This document shows positions 13,466 to 26,900 of a stretch of 64,000 bases of DNA, piece by piece (position 1 is the stretch's first letter; each line of letters opens with the position of its first letter). The notes beneath the pieces are model-generated. The model was given only the letters and a program-made list of their open reading frames with translations. It was not told where the DNA came from and searched no databases. The position numbers were made by a program, and so were the translations under genes. The DNA comes from Antedon mediterranea (taxonomy: Eukaryota > Animalia > Echinodermata), in assembly GCF_964355755.1 (NCBI RefSeq), contig NC_092678.1, forward strand, positions 8,138,422 through 8,202,421, given 5' to 3'.

Positions 13466-14885
13466 CTGTGTTCCTGGGGTATCATTTTGGGTATATGGAA
13501 CACAATGCATTATATATGATGAATAAACCACTGTAATATGAGGCCGTTTTCCTATGTTAAAGCATTGTGTTCCTGGGGTATCATTTTGGGTATATGGAAC
13601 ACAATGCATTATATATAATGAATAACCCACTGTAATAAGCAATGAGGCCGTTTTCCTATGTTAAAGCATTGTGTTCCTGTGGTATCATTTTGGGTATATG
13701 GAACACAATGCATTATATATAATGAATAAACCACTGTAATAAGCAATGAGGCCGTTTTCCTATGTTAAAGCATTGTGTTCATGTGGTATCATTTTGGGTA
13801 TATGGAACACAATGCATTATATATGATGAATAAACCACTGTAATAAGCAATGAGGCCGTTTTCCTATGTTAAAGCATTGTGTTCCTGGGGTATCATTTTG
13901 GGTATATGGAACACAATGCATTATATATGATGAATAAACCACTGTAATAAGCAATGAGGCCGTTTTTCTATGTTAAAGCATTGTGTTCCTGTGGTATCAT
14001 TTTGGGTATATGGAACACAATGCATTATATATAATGAATAAACCACTGTAATAAGCAATGAGGCCGTTTTCCTATGTTAAAGCATTGTGTTCCTGTGGTA
14101 TCATTTTGGGTATATGGAACACAATGCATTATATATAATGAATAAACCACAATACGAGGCCGTTTTCCTATGTTAAAGCATTGTGTTCCTGGGGTATCAT
14201 TTTGGGTACATGGAACACATTGCATTATAATGAATAAACCACTGTAATAAGCAATGAGGCCGTTTTCCTATGTTAAAGTATTGTGTTCCTGGGGTATCAT
14301 TTTGGGTATATGGAACACAATGCATTATAGGCTAATGAATAAACCACTGTAATATGAGGCCGTTTTCCTATGTTAAAGCATTGTGTTCCTGGGGTATCAT
14401 TTTGGGTATATGGAACACAATGCATTATGTAATGAATAAACCACTGTAATATGAGGCCGTTTTCCTATGTTAAAGCATTGTGTTCCTGGGGTATCATTTT
14501 GGGTATATGGAACACAATGCATTATAGGCTAACGAATAAACCACTGTAATATGAGGCCGTTTTCCTATGTTAAAGCATTGTGTTCCTGGGGTATCATTTT
14601 GGGTATATGGAACACAATGCATTATATATGATGAATAAACCACTGTAATAAGCAATGAGGCCGTTTTCCTATGTTAAAGCATTGTGTTCCTGGGGTATCA
14701 TTTTGGGTATATGGAACACAATGCATTATATATAATGAATAAACCACTGTAATAAGCAATGAGGCCGTTTTCCTATGTTAAAGCATTGTGTTCCTGGGGT
14801 ATCATTTTGAGTATATGGAACACAATGCATTATATACAGTATAATGAATAAACCACTTCAATAAGCAAAAAGGCCGTTTTCCTAT
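13466..14885 (-). repeat. Tandem satellite, ~97-104-bp unit, about 14 copies
   Basis: Reverse complement of the unit ATAATGCATTGTGTTCCATATACCCAAAATGATACCCCAGGAACACAATGCTTTAACATAGGAAAACGGCCTCA(TTGCT)TATTACAGTGGTTTATTCATTATAT. Confidence 0.95.
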
Positions 14886-16879
14886 GCCTAATAATGCCAT
14901 ATTTAGAAACATAATTCATTGATTTCTGATATTCTGTACTTGTGTATGCATTACTAAAATAGTAGTTATTTTATTTCATTTATAATGTATGTATAAACAT
15001 TTATTCAGTTTTTTTTTTGTTTACATTTTTACATTTAAAAATTATAAAAATACCTATCTACCTTTCTGTTATTGTTACTATTATAATATTTTTTGAGGCA
15101 GATTGATTTCAATAAAAAAAATGTAAAACAATTAATTTGACTTATACTGTACTATGTTAGTTCAGGAGATGAAGTGTGTGTGGGCAGAATCTGGTGTATT
15201 TTTGTCACTTTAAGACCTAAATTAGATGTTTTCTGAAGAAAAGAAGTAAGCGGATAGGCTTTCAAACAACTCCAAGAAGATTCACACAAAAATAATTACT
15301 TCCCAATAAAATAGTATGTAACAGTGTATATACAACGAATTTAGGTTCAACGATTTGCCCCAAATAGGGGTGTTTTCCGATCGTGGTATACACTGTCTAA
15401 TGGATGTCCATCTTGAAAAATACCCGCCACAAAAATACGAGGAGGCTTCGCATTTTCCTATCTCCTCCTACGATAATTGTTTTTAATAGCTGAAAACTGG
15501 TTGAACAGCTAGAGTACAGCATCATAATGTTGAAGACAGGCCGATTTTCTTAAAAAAATACTATTTTGATAGATTTAATATACGATTATACAAATGTATT
15601 GATTTGCGATGAATGGAACATTCCAATCTCTGTTTCACAAGTGTCTATTCCCTCAGGCGTCGTAAAGGCAAGTACAGCACTGTATACTCGAAATTCGATC
15701 CATTTTTGTTTTCAATCTGTGCTGCAGAGGTTGGATATAATTTTTTTTTAAACGGATAATGAGCTAGCGTTTTCACTCGCCCTATATTATGTACAAATCT
15801 TTATTATTGCAGTTAAACCACCCACATCATCACCTTTCCCTCACTGGCATGAGTAGCGTTGTAAAACCAGTAGAGAATAGGCCTACGGTACATCACATGC
15901 CCTAAACGCAGAACAACTTTGGTGGGTAGGGTAGGAACCAACTTAAGTATGAATTGGCTCTAAGAAACAATTGAAAACCATTAGGCCTACTAATTAAGTT
16001 GAGTTAGATAATTTAATATTTATTGACGATTAAATCGAATTTATGATTTTCCCCGAATAGAGGTGGTTTTCACAAATTGTTTTACATTATATTATAAACA
16101 TATACACGTCGTAGTGATGTATCGTTACATGTGCTGTACTATTTCAATCGACTAGGACGGTGATAGTTTCAACAAAGTATTACATCGCAATGTTTTACTG
16201 TGTTTAGTGGTATATTATTTGTAAAACATGAAAGCAATTAATATTTCGTTACTAAATGGATAAAGAATATATTTTAACATTGTTCCTCTTTGCACCCATC
16301 CTCTTCCCCATCCCTCAACCCTAATGTTACATACAAAACACAAATTAAGTTTGTTTAAATTTGACTTAAACAATAGGTCTTATTTTGTGACAAGTTTATC
16401 TTTCGGAAGTAATAGAGTGCTAATTTTAGTTGAGTACATAAATCACAGTGTCTATTTATTCGTTCCTGTACACGACATGTATTATTGTCCTGCGGTACGT
16501 ACATTTGAAATCGCCAGTTTTTTAACGCTGAAATTATTATGTATTCGAGAACCATCTGTGGGCACGACCTAGTGGATAGAATTTTGCTTAAAAACATATA
16601 CAAAAAACATCGATAAAAAATACTTTTCGAATTTAAAAACATTTGAAACTTCTTTTATATGTTCAATATAGGTTGCTCTATTCACAGAAACAAAATTTCA
16701 TTCATGAACGTTTTTTGTTGGTTGTTCTTTTCAAAATCTTTATTAGGTTTAAAAAATGCTTTGGAATTGTATGGTCTTTCATAAGTGTACATTTTGTAAA
16801 AACGTAAATTTAAAAAATCAGTGATATGGCTCGATAGTTATTTTTTTTTTTGCAATATGGATGGAGCAACCTATATGGA

Positions 16880-19636
16880 ACATTTATATGGAACAAAATG
16901 CTTTAACATAGGAAAACGGCCTCATATTACAGTGGTTTATTTATTATATATAATGCATTGTGTTCCATATAACCAAAATGATACCCCAGGAACACAATGC
17001 TATAACATAGCAAAACGGCCTCATTGCTCTTTATTGTTATATAGTGGTTTAAACATTATATATAATGCATTGTGTTTCATATACCCAAAATGATACCCCA
17101 GGAACACAATGCTTTAACATAGAAAAACGGCCTCATATTACAGTGGTTTATTCATTATATATAATGCATTGTGTTCCATTAACCAAAATGATACCCCAGG
17201 AACACAATGCTATAATATAGGAAAACGGCCTCATTGCTTATTACAGTGGTTTATTCATCAAATATAATGCATTGTGTTCCATATACCCAAAATGATACCC
17301 CAGGAACACAATGCTTTAACATAGGAAAACGGCCTCATATTACAGTGGTTAATTCATTATCTATACTGCATTGTGTTCCATATACCCAAAATGATACCCC
17401 AGGAACACAATGCTTTAACATAGGAAAACTACCTCATTGCTTATTACAGTGGTTTATTTATCATATATAATGCATTGTGTTCCATATACCCAAAATGATA
17501 CCCCAGGAACACAATGCTTTAACATAGGAAAACGGCCTCATTGCTTATTACAGTGGTTTATTCATCATATATAATGCATTGTGTTCCATATACCCAACAT
17601 AATACCCCAGGAACACAATACTTTAACATAGGAAAACGGCCTCATATTACAGTGGTTTATTCATTATATAATGCATTGTGTTTCATATACCCAAAATGAT
17701 ACCCCAGGAACACAATGCTTTAACATAGAAAAACGGCCTCATATTACAGTGGTTTATTCATTATATATAATGCATTGTGTTCCATTAACCAAAATGATAC
17801 CCCAGGAACACAATGCTATAATATAGGAAAACGGCCTCATTGCTTATTACAGTGGTTTATTCATCAAATATAATGCATTGTGTTCCATATACCCAAAATG
17901 ATACCCCAGGAACACAATGCTTTAACATAGGAAAACGGCCTCATTGCTACAGTGGTTTATTCATTATATTATATAATGCATTGTGTTCCATATACCCAAA
18001 ATGATACCCCAGGAACACAATGCTTTAACATAGGAAAACGGCCTCATATTACAGTGGTTTATTCATTATATAATGCATTGTGTTCCATATACCCAAAATG
18101 ATACCCCAGGAACACAATGCTTTAACATAGGAAAACGGCCTCATATTACAGTGGTTTATTCATTATATAATGCATTGTGTTCCATATACCCAAAATGATA
18201 CCCCAGGAACACAATGCTTTAACATAGGAAAACGGCCTCATTGCTTATTACAGTGGTTTATTCATCATATATAATGCATTGTGTTCCATATACCCAACAT
18301 AATACCCCAGGAACACAATGCTTTAACATAGGAAAACGGCCTCATTGCTTATTACAGTGGTTAATTCATTATCTATACTGCATTGTGTTCCATATACCCA
18401 AAATGATACCCCAGGAACACAATGCTTTAACATAGGAAAACTACCTCATTGCTTATTACAGTGGTTTATTTATCATATATAATGCATTGTGTTCCATATA
18501 CCCAAAATGATACCCCAGGAACACAATGCTTTAACATAGGAAAACGGCCTCATTGCTTATTACAGTGGTTTATTCATCATATATAATGCATTGTGTTCCA
18601 TATACCCAACATAATACCCCAGGAACACAATACTTTAACATAGGAAAACGGCCTCATATTACAGTGGTTTATTCATTATATAATGCATTGTGTTCCATAT
18701 ACCCAAAATGATACCCCAGGAACACAATGCTTTAACATAGGAAAACGGCCTCATATTACAGTGGTTTATTCATTATTGTATAAATGCATTGTGTTCCATA
18801 TACCCAAAATGATACCCCAGGAACACAATGCTATAATATAGGAAAACGGCCTCATTGCTTATTACAGTGGTTTATTCATCAAATATAATGCATTGTGTTC
18901 CATATACCCAAAATGATACCCCAGGAACACAATGCTTTAACATAGGAAAACGGCCTCATATTACAGTGGTTAATTCATTATCTATACTGCATTGTGTTCC
19001 ATATACCCAAAATGATACCCCAGGAACACAATGCTTTAACATAGGAAAACTACCTCATTGCTTATTACAGTGGTTTATTTATCATATATAATGCATTGTG
19101 TTCCATATACCCAAAATGATACCCCAGGAACACAATGCTTTAACATAGGAAAACGGCCTCATTGCTTATTACAGTGGTTTATTTATCATATATAATGCAT
19201 TGTGTTCCATATACCCAAAATGATACCCCAGGAACACAATGCTTTAACATAGGAAAACGGCCCCATTGCTTATTACAGTGGTTTATTTATCATATATAAT
19301 GCATTGTGTTCCATATACCCAAAATGATACCCCAGGAACACAATGCTTTAACATAGGAAAACGGCCTCATTGCTTATTACAGTGGTTTATTCATTATATA
19401 TAATGCATTGTGTTCCATATACCCAAAATGATACCACATGAACACAATGCTTTAACATAGGAAAACGGCCTCATTGCTTATTACAGTGGTTTATTCATTA
19501 TATATAATGCATTGTGTTCCATATACCCAAAATGATACCACAGGAACACAATGCTTTAACATAGGAAAACGGCCTCATTGCTTATTACAGTGGGTTATTC
19601 ATTATATATAATGCATTGTGTTCCATATACCCAAAA
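16880..19636 (+). repeat. Same satellite in the opposite orientation, about 27 copies
   Basis: Same unit; variant blocks recur near 17260-17460, 18360-18480 and 18880-19080. Confidence 0.95.
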
Positions 19637-22040
19637 TTATGGTATATTTGGCTGCAAGTAACAAATATTCAGATACAAGTACTGTACATACACAAAATAA
19701 AAAATCTTTTATTAATTAGAAAAATATAATTACACAAAAAATACGGGATATTGAATGATAAAGACAATTACCATCCCATCGGCTTTTTACTGCAACGCAG
19801 GATTTACTTATTTTGAAATCTGTAGTGTCAGAGCGAAAGAAATGAAATTTTAAATCCGTTATTCTCTAAATAGAGAGTAGAGAATGATCGATCGTCGAAA
19901 TGACGCTCTCCCTCAATATCCAATCACATCTTCCTTTAAAACTCCCTAAGTTGTTAATAATCAATGTACATGAACATGCTCCTGTCTTCATTTTGGGGGT
20001 CCGAACATATCTGGAACTCGAGGAGTTACAGTACAGTATACTGCTACTAGTGTACTGTAGGCTAGTCATTTTGTGTGCGAGAAAAACGTCTGTAAAATCA
20101 TCAATTTAAAAATGTATTTGTTACTTTTTATGTGATTCTTTTTCATGAAAGTGCCAATTCTAAGGTGTGGTATTCAGAATAAATGTTGGGAGTTAAAATA
20201 CAAGGCAGGTGAGGTGCGAAAGATAAATATTTGTAATCTTAGGTGTTGGGTCTTAGCTTTCGTGATCTTAGGTCTTAGGGGGTCTGAGCTTTCGTGGTCT
20301 GAGCTTTCGTGACACCCGTGTGACGTGTGTGTGTGTTAGGTATGACCAAAGATAGTTACACTATAGTGTAACTATCTTTGGTATGACACAATCCGAGTAA
20401 TAAGTCAGCAAAATTAAACAATAAACATTACACAAAAATACATTTTTATTCTCGTGGGTCAAATCTTCCCATCTCATGTGTTCATATACGCGCATTTTTA
20501 AAGTTCCTTTGAGTACATGCATATTGTTTGATAATAAAATAGCAGAATTAAAAAAATACAGTACACAAATTATACACATTCTTTATTCTTGTGGGTCTAA
20601 GCTTTCTTTGGGCTATGTCCAATGAATTACTACTTAGTTTAATGTCTTGCCGTACTTGCCTAGCTGTCGATTAGCCTCGACTCGACACATTTTGTGTGAA
20701 GAGAAGAGTGCGCGAAGGCAATCACGTGAATTGACTTATAATCCTAGGCCTACTGTATGTAGAAAGTATCGTATCGCAGTTGTAATCACTTCTTGTTGCT
20801 ATACGCTTGGGTGCACACGGAACAACAAATTTAACTGATGAATTATTCATGTTTATTTTGTGACGTTTCATGAAGGGGTCCCCAACTTTATGTACGAAAA
20901 AAAAAATCGCTCCCGGGCCGATGACAGTTCGTCCCAATAGCTTACCGTGAACTAACGGAACTTTATTTTATATCTTTTTATTGTCAAAATCAAAAATTAT
21001 ACTGTATTCAAATTAATAGGCCTACTGTAGAACGAACGATAGGCATCACATTCTGAAGATTTTGCTCGATCGTTAACCCGTTATAATAGTATATAATTCT
21101 CTTAGATTTGTTTGTGTAGTGTCAATTCTATATTTAAATGGTCAGTATACAACCGGGTAACCTGTTTCTTCAATTTTTAAAAATGTATATTTTCTTTTGT
21201 TAATGGAGACTCATGGCAGGGATATGCAAACATTTAGAAGCGGGACGTCGACAATCTGTTGAAAATCGGGAGACTGTTGAATAGTCGTCTCATCCACAAG
21301 CCTGTGAGATAGAAAGTTGGGGGTTAGAGTGGTTAAGCCCGATAAAAAATCACCATCCTTAATAAAGACATGTGTAGAGAGTAATTCTTTTTTTTTGTAT
21401 TCACCACGAGCAATGCTTCAGAAGTCAGTTTTTTTACTTTGATGATGAGGACAATTGTGGTTGGCGGATCGAACTGGAACTTCATTAAACATGTCTTTTG
21501 ACAGTGTCGGTAAACGTAATACCGATATAAATAAACACCCGTTTTAATATCGTCACTAATCACATTGCAACCGTAACAAAATCGACAATTTTGGAGCGAA
21601 TATTTTTTATTTCAATCTTTGTTTTGAATGGCTTTTGTCTTTGTTAACGTTGACATAATGGCATAATTAAATGTTATTCTGAATTATGGAAGCCGTGAAA
21701 CAGATGATATGTCGCAGGAAACGATTGATTATAACCAAAATTTGCAGAACGCTGATTCCTATCGTTCGTTCTTTTTAGCTTTTTGTCAAATCATAATTTG
21801 AATATGTTCTGTCAAATTTGGCCTGGAAATATTTTAAGAGCTGGAATTAGTTTCCAGATCCACGCAAAGTGCGCATTAAAAACAAACTTGCGTGTCCTCA
21901 CAAGTGGGAACCGACGTGTTCAACACCGTTTATGCCTTACGTTCATCGTAATGATTCTCTCGTGAGGGGATGCAAAATAGAGTATTTTCTTATGTTGCGC
22001 GTCAATACGATACGTTGCGGCAGGATGTTTTTGTTAGTTA

Positions 22041-22219
22041 AGCGTGGTTTCCACTAGCGACGCAACGCAAGGACGTAACGCAACGCAAGTGAATTGACCA
22101 ATCACAAGCGATGGCTTATTCGCTTGTGATTGCTAACTGTCTATAACTTCGCTTGTCATTGGTTAAAACGCTTGCGTTGCGTTTACGTCCTTGCGTTACG
22201 TTCTAGTGGGAACCAAGCT
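22041..22219 (-). mobile_element. PIF/Harbinger-type MITE (same family as 11551-11729)
   Basis: Near-exact reverse complement of 11551-11729; TTA TSD on both sides. Confidence 0.85.
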
Positions 22220-23909
22220 TTAGTTAGTGGTTCATACGTTGGTTAATGAAATATTTATTTTACTTTTTACATTTTTCTTCTTTACATATTACTGTCGCTT
22301 CACCAATCACACTAACCGATACTGATAATATTATTTGTCCATTATTATTAGAAAAACATTTTTAAACTGGCGAATAATTAAATCAGCAATACTGCAGTAT
22401 AGGCTAAAATGGGGAAAATGTAAACGTTTAAAATACTATACAGAATAATTAAAGGAAAATAAATATCTTATTGTATTTATTCATACATTTTAGATAATAT
22501 GCAAATATTATAGATAATAAACATAATATCAACATATTTAAATGCAAAAAAAAAAGGATCTCTAAGTTGTATTCACGCGTATAACATTTTTTAAAACAAG
22601 TGTAAAATCTATGATACGGACACTTTTTATATAGGCTCTAAAATTAGCCTAAATAGGGCTATCGCCATCCTTTACTTCTTATAATTTACATATTGTAGTT
22701 TATTTCTATACTTTTCTATACAATTTGGCTATGGTTTTAAATTGTAGGCATTGCATTCAATTCAATGCTCTGTGCGATGTCCTTCTTGTGCGTCCGGCCT
22801 TGCAAATAGCGCGATGTGTTTGTTCGTAAAACCATATCACATATTAACTCCATTGGAGAATACACGTGAGCTTGTTAATAGATAAAGTCATGTTTTTTGA
22901 TAACATAACGATTAAAATCGAAATATTTTTTTAGAATCTGTAAATTCAAGGTGTTATCATCAGTTGTGTGTGATTTTGGTCCGATTTTGTGTACACTACC
23001 ATTTCGTAGGGTCTTCGCTTTCGAGGTCTTCGGTCTTCGATCTTCGCTTTCGAGGTCTTCGCTTTCGACACACCCCCGAAAATGATCGTTTTTGGCCACG
23101 AACGTTGTAAAAAAATTGCGCCCTCAGTCGACAATTGTATGAACCACACAGTTTTTCGCTAATATAATTACAAATAATTACGTTTTATAGTAATTTATTT
23201 TATATATCAACATTGGAAATATCAATAAAATATGTTATTAAATGTTTACAAATACTAGCTAGCTGAATCAGCTAGCTAGGCCCTAAGACTTAGGCTAAGT
23301 ATAGTAAGTACAGTCAGTAGTAGTACTAGTAGCCTGAAAATATTTACTACTAGGCCTAGGCCTAGGCTATTAATTTTTAGTGAAAAGTTCTACTATATTA
23401 CTTACTGTAAACAAATTTAAAAGTGGTGTGTTGAAAACGTCTCTTGTTGTTTCTACTTGTGTTCTCGCTGTCGCGAGTCGACTCGCGACGATCGAGAGAG
23501 CGATTGAAAAAATGTAGAAGCTAGATAAATGACGTCATGCAATCTCACCGAGAGCCGAATAAGTCCGAAACGAACCGATGGAGGAACTCTCGTACGGAAA
23601 AAAAAAATCGCGGCCTGCAGTGCAATGCTTCTATTTTTACTTTATTTGGGACTTAAGTATAAGTACAGTATCGGTATTATCCCTTACATTTTCCGGAAAT
23701 ATTTGGACTTTATATCCAGCAATTCTTATTGGTTCTTATTCTCTTTATATAAGCACGTGATGGCACGGTATTGTATATGATAGTTTTATTTTAAGGCGAT
23801 GACATCATTGGCTTGTTTATTACAAATTGGTTGTCTCTAGTAGTTCCAAGCACTTGTTGTTTTAACCTCACACAGACTTCTTTTACATCGAAGTTATAAA
23901 ACAATAGAT

Positions 23910-26900
23910 ATGAGATTTTATAGTTTTAACTTGTTCTTCGTCTTAATATCAACTGTAGGTAAGTTTGACGTATTATTTATGCTCGTTTAAGCTTAAGTAA
24001 TTGCTGTGTAGAAGGAATCAAAATATAGCATTAATTCCAGGCAAAACATGGATAAGAATAGAGTTCAGTGACAACTATGACTATTTATTAACTGGAAAGT
24101 GGAAATAAGTTATTTTCCAACACTGCCCATCGTAAATATTTTCAGGCTGTGGGCTTACCATTGATGGAGCTAAATCGACCATGGTAGACCAGCAACTACC
24201 TTCTACAATCTAATAAATTCGCATTTTATAAACATTAGGGATATTTCCGATCAAAATCAAATGACTGTTAAATACGCAATAGTACTACTGTTTCTAGAAA
24301 TCCAACTTGTGTCTTATAATTTAATGTAAATTAATTGTTTTATATAAAAGGCTAATGATGTTTAAATGTCTTTTCTGTCCAAAAGCTGCAAGTTATTGCT
24401 TCAAGAGCTACGCAGAGAAGAGTGGTGGTAACTCGCGATGTAAACAGCGATTAACAGGTCTAGGTAGTGAAACAAGCGAAAAGGATTGTTGCCAGCATTC
24501 TAGTGCCGCCGGATTTTCCAAACATCGGAAGGGTTCACGTTGCACGCCATGTAATAGGCCTAGCCCAACAGAGATAAGTTCAGGTTAGGTCATATGTTTT
24601 ATATTTATTAACTGCAAATAAACGTTTGTTTTAATATGATTAAAGGCATCACTACTGTGTATTCAATAGTATACAAATAATGAATGCTTATGAGTGTAAT
24701 GGTACAAATAATGGCATGAGGTGAATGATGAACCTTTACACATATATACATAGCCTATATCTCTCCAAAAATGTACTTTCATTGCGAAACCAGTCATAAC
24801 ATTCAATCTTCGCGGCGAAAGTACAAAATAGGTGGCGTACACGAAAAAAGTAGTATTAAACGATAGTTTAATAGTGCGTATTATATAACACCTATATAAA
24901 TTCCTGTCATTTGATTGGACGAATGTGGGTCACATGGCGTGCAATAGTACGCACTATTCAACGATCGTTAAATAGTACTTTTTGAAACATTTTTGTGTAC
25001 GAAAAAAAACGTCTAGATGTTATATAAAACAAATAATGAATGTTTTGTATTCGTGTAATGGTACAAATAATGGCACTTGGTGAATGATGAAAGGTTATAT
25101 CAACTCGGCTTTGCCTCGTTGATATAACCTTTCATCATTCACCTCGTGCCATTATTTGTACCATTGCACTCATAAACATTCATTATTTGTATACTATTGC
25201 ACGCCATGTGACCCACAATCGAATGACAGGAATTTATTTAGGTGTTATGTAATCTATCGATCGATACTGTATTGGACAATCAGAATTATTTTTATTCAAA
25301 ACTAAGACATAACAAATAGTACTATTACAATAATGACCAAAACGGAGTGTTTTTGGAAAATTGATAACCAATTAGGCCTAATCTGAACTTGGTGAGAAAC
25401 TTTCACTATCTAATAGTACAAAACCAACATGCTAAACTACACTGTATGACTGGCTGCGTGTTTGTTCGCATCGAAAAGGTTTCGAAGACTTTGAAGATAT
25501 CTTTTTATTTAAGAAGACCTTCTATTCACCACATTTGTTTCCTCAATAACTGTCTCTATTTTGTTTCTTTATTTTAGTTTGGACAGATTGGAGTGACTGG
25601 CGCCCGTGTAGTGTGACTTGTGGTAACGGAACTCAGCTTAGGTACCAAACGTGCCAATCGCATGCCTGTTCCGGAAATCCTGTTGATATTCGACCTTGCA
25701 ATGATCAAGACTGTCCAGGTAAATAAGTATTTCAAAAAGTTACAAGGCACAAGTTGAAAAGTCAATCTGAATTGTTGCTCCTGAGTTACCTTGCCGCGCC
25801 TAGAAATAAAAATCCAAGACAAAGCAAACGAAACAAAAAAAATTTGAATAGGACAAGCTCAGCTGTTTTTTACATCTTGTTCAGAAGATGTTGGTAGGGC
25901 GTGTAGGGGCGTGGTTGAAATGATTGCATGTTTGTCGTTTATCGCTGAATTCAAGAATTGATCCATTTTAATTAATCTATGTTTTTTGTTTGTCAGTGGC
26001 CGTAGATGGTGGATGGACACGTTGGAAAAGATGGAGCTCTTGCTCGGTGTCATGCGGGAAAGGTTATCAGTATCGTGTACGAACTTGTTCAAATCCACCG
26101 CCATTGTACGGGGGCCGTCAGTGTGTAGGCAAAGATAGTATCGTAAGATCATGTACAGTCCGAAAATCGTGTGCTGGTACGTTTCAATGAGTTTTGTTAA
26201 TGACAATTAGAGAATTAGTACACTATACAGGCAATATTACAGTATTTAGACACACTGTCAATAAATTAGATTCCCCTACTGTCTACAGGATGATACTTCC
26301 AACAGTCAAGGGAGTTATTTTTGTAGTGAGAAAACATCCACACAGCAGACAGCATATGACCCCATAACCCTGGAATTGGTAGTCATTTACACATAAGACA
26401 GGTTATACTGGACAATTCTGCTCTAACAAAATATATAAATAATTAGTCAATAGATCAAGCCAGAAAGTAAAAATAAACAAATCATGTTCCTTATATTGTT
26501 TCTGTTTGATACTACAGTTCATGGAGGTTGGAGCCTATGGAGCAGTTACTCGCAGTGTGATAAAACATGCGGTAACGACGGTATGAAAGTACGAACTCGT
26601 AGCTGTACCAATCCAGCTCCAGCGAATGGCGGTGATGACTGTCGTGGACTTGCTCTTGATAAATCTCCATGCACTGATCTTAAAGCATGCCCAGGTATTC
26701 AAGAGTATTACCTGTGTTCACACGCACTGAAGTTAATCGTGCATATAAACCACTTTAGCTGATCCGATCATATCATATCATCCGAGCATGGAGGTATTAT
26801 ACCTCCATGATTTGAGTTACACCCGACGCTGTTCGTGTGCTGCTCCGTAATTCTCTTCGTTTCATTAACTCTTACTTCCAATAACTCCGATAGGTTTTAG

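Larger units (their letters stand above)
12184..20317. mobile_element. Inner foldback/MULE-like element inserted in a (TG)n tract of the outer element
   Basis: Termini GGGTGTCACGAAA / TTTCGTGACACCC with CTAAGACC subterminal repeats; exact 10-bp TSD GTGTGACGTG at 12174-12183 and 20318-20327; arms 12184-13150 and 19865-20317. Confidence 0.9.
10572..23075. mobile_element. Outer foldback/MULE-like element with ~1.4-kb inverted arms
   Basis: Termini GGGTGTGTCGAAAGCGAAGA / TCTTCGCTTTCGACACACCC with subterminal GAAGA(C/T)C repeats; exact 10-bp TSD CCGAAAATGA at 10562-10571 and 23076-23085. Confidence 0.9.

Noticed and set aside
15200-15950. Possible decayed transposase or PHD-finger remnant in the inner element spacer
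   Set aside because: Only scattered Trp/Cys hints across frames; no convincing motif.
13466-19636. Arrays resembling CRISPR, and repeated ORFs such as MHCVPYTQNDTPGTQCFNIGKRPH
   Set aside because: The units are tandem with no unique spacers, there are no cas genes and the context is eukaryotic; the ORFs are satellite translations with frequent frameshifts.
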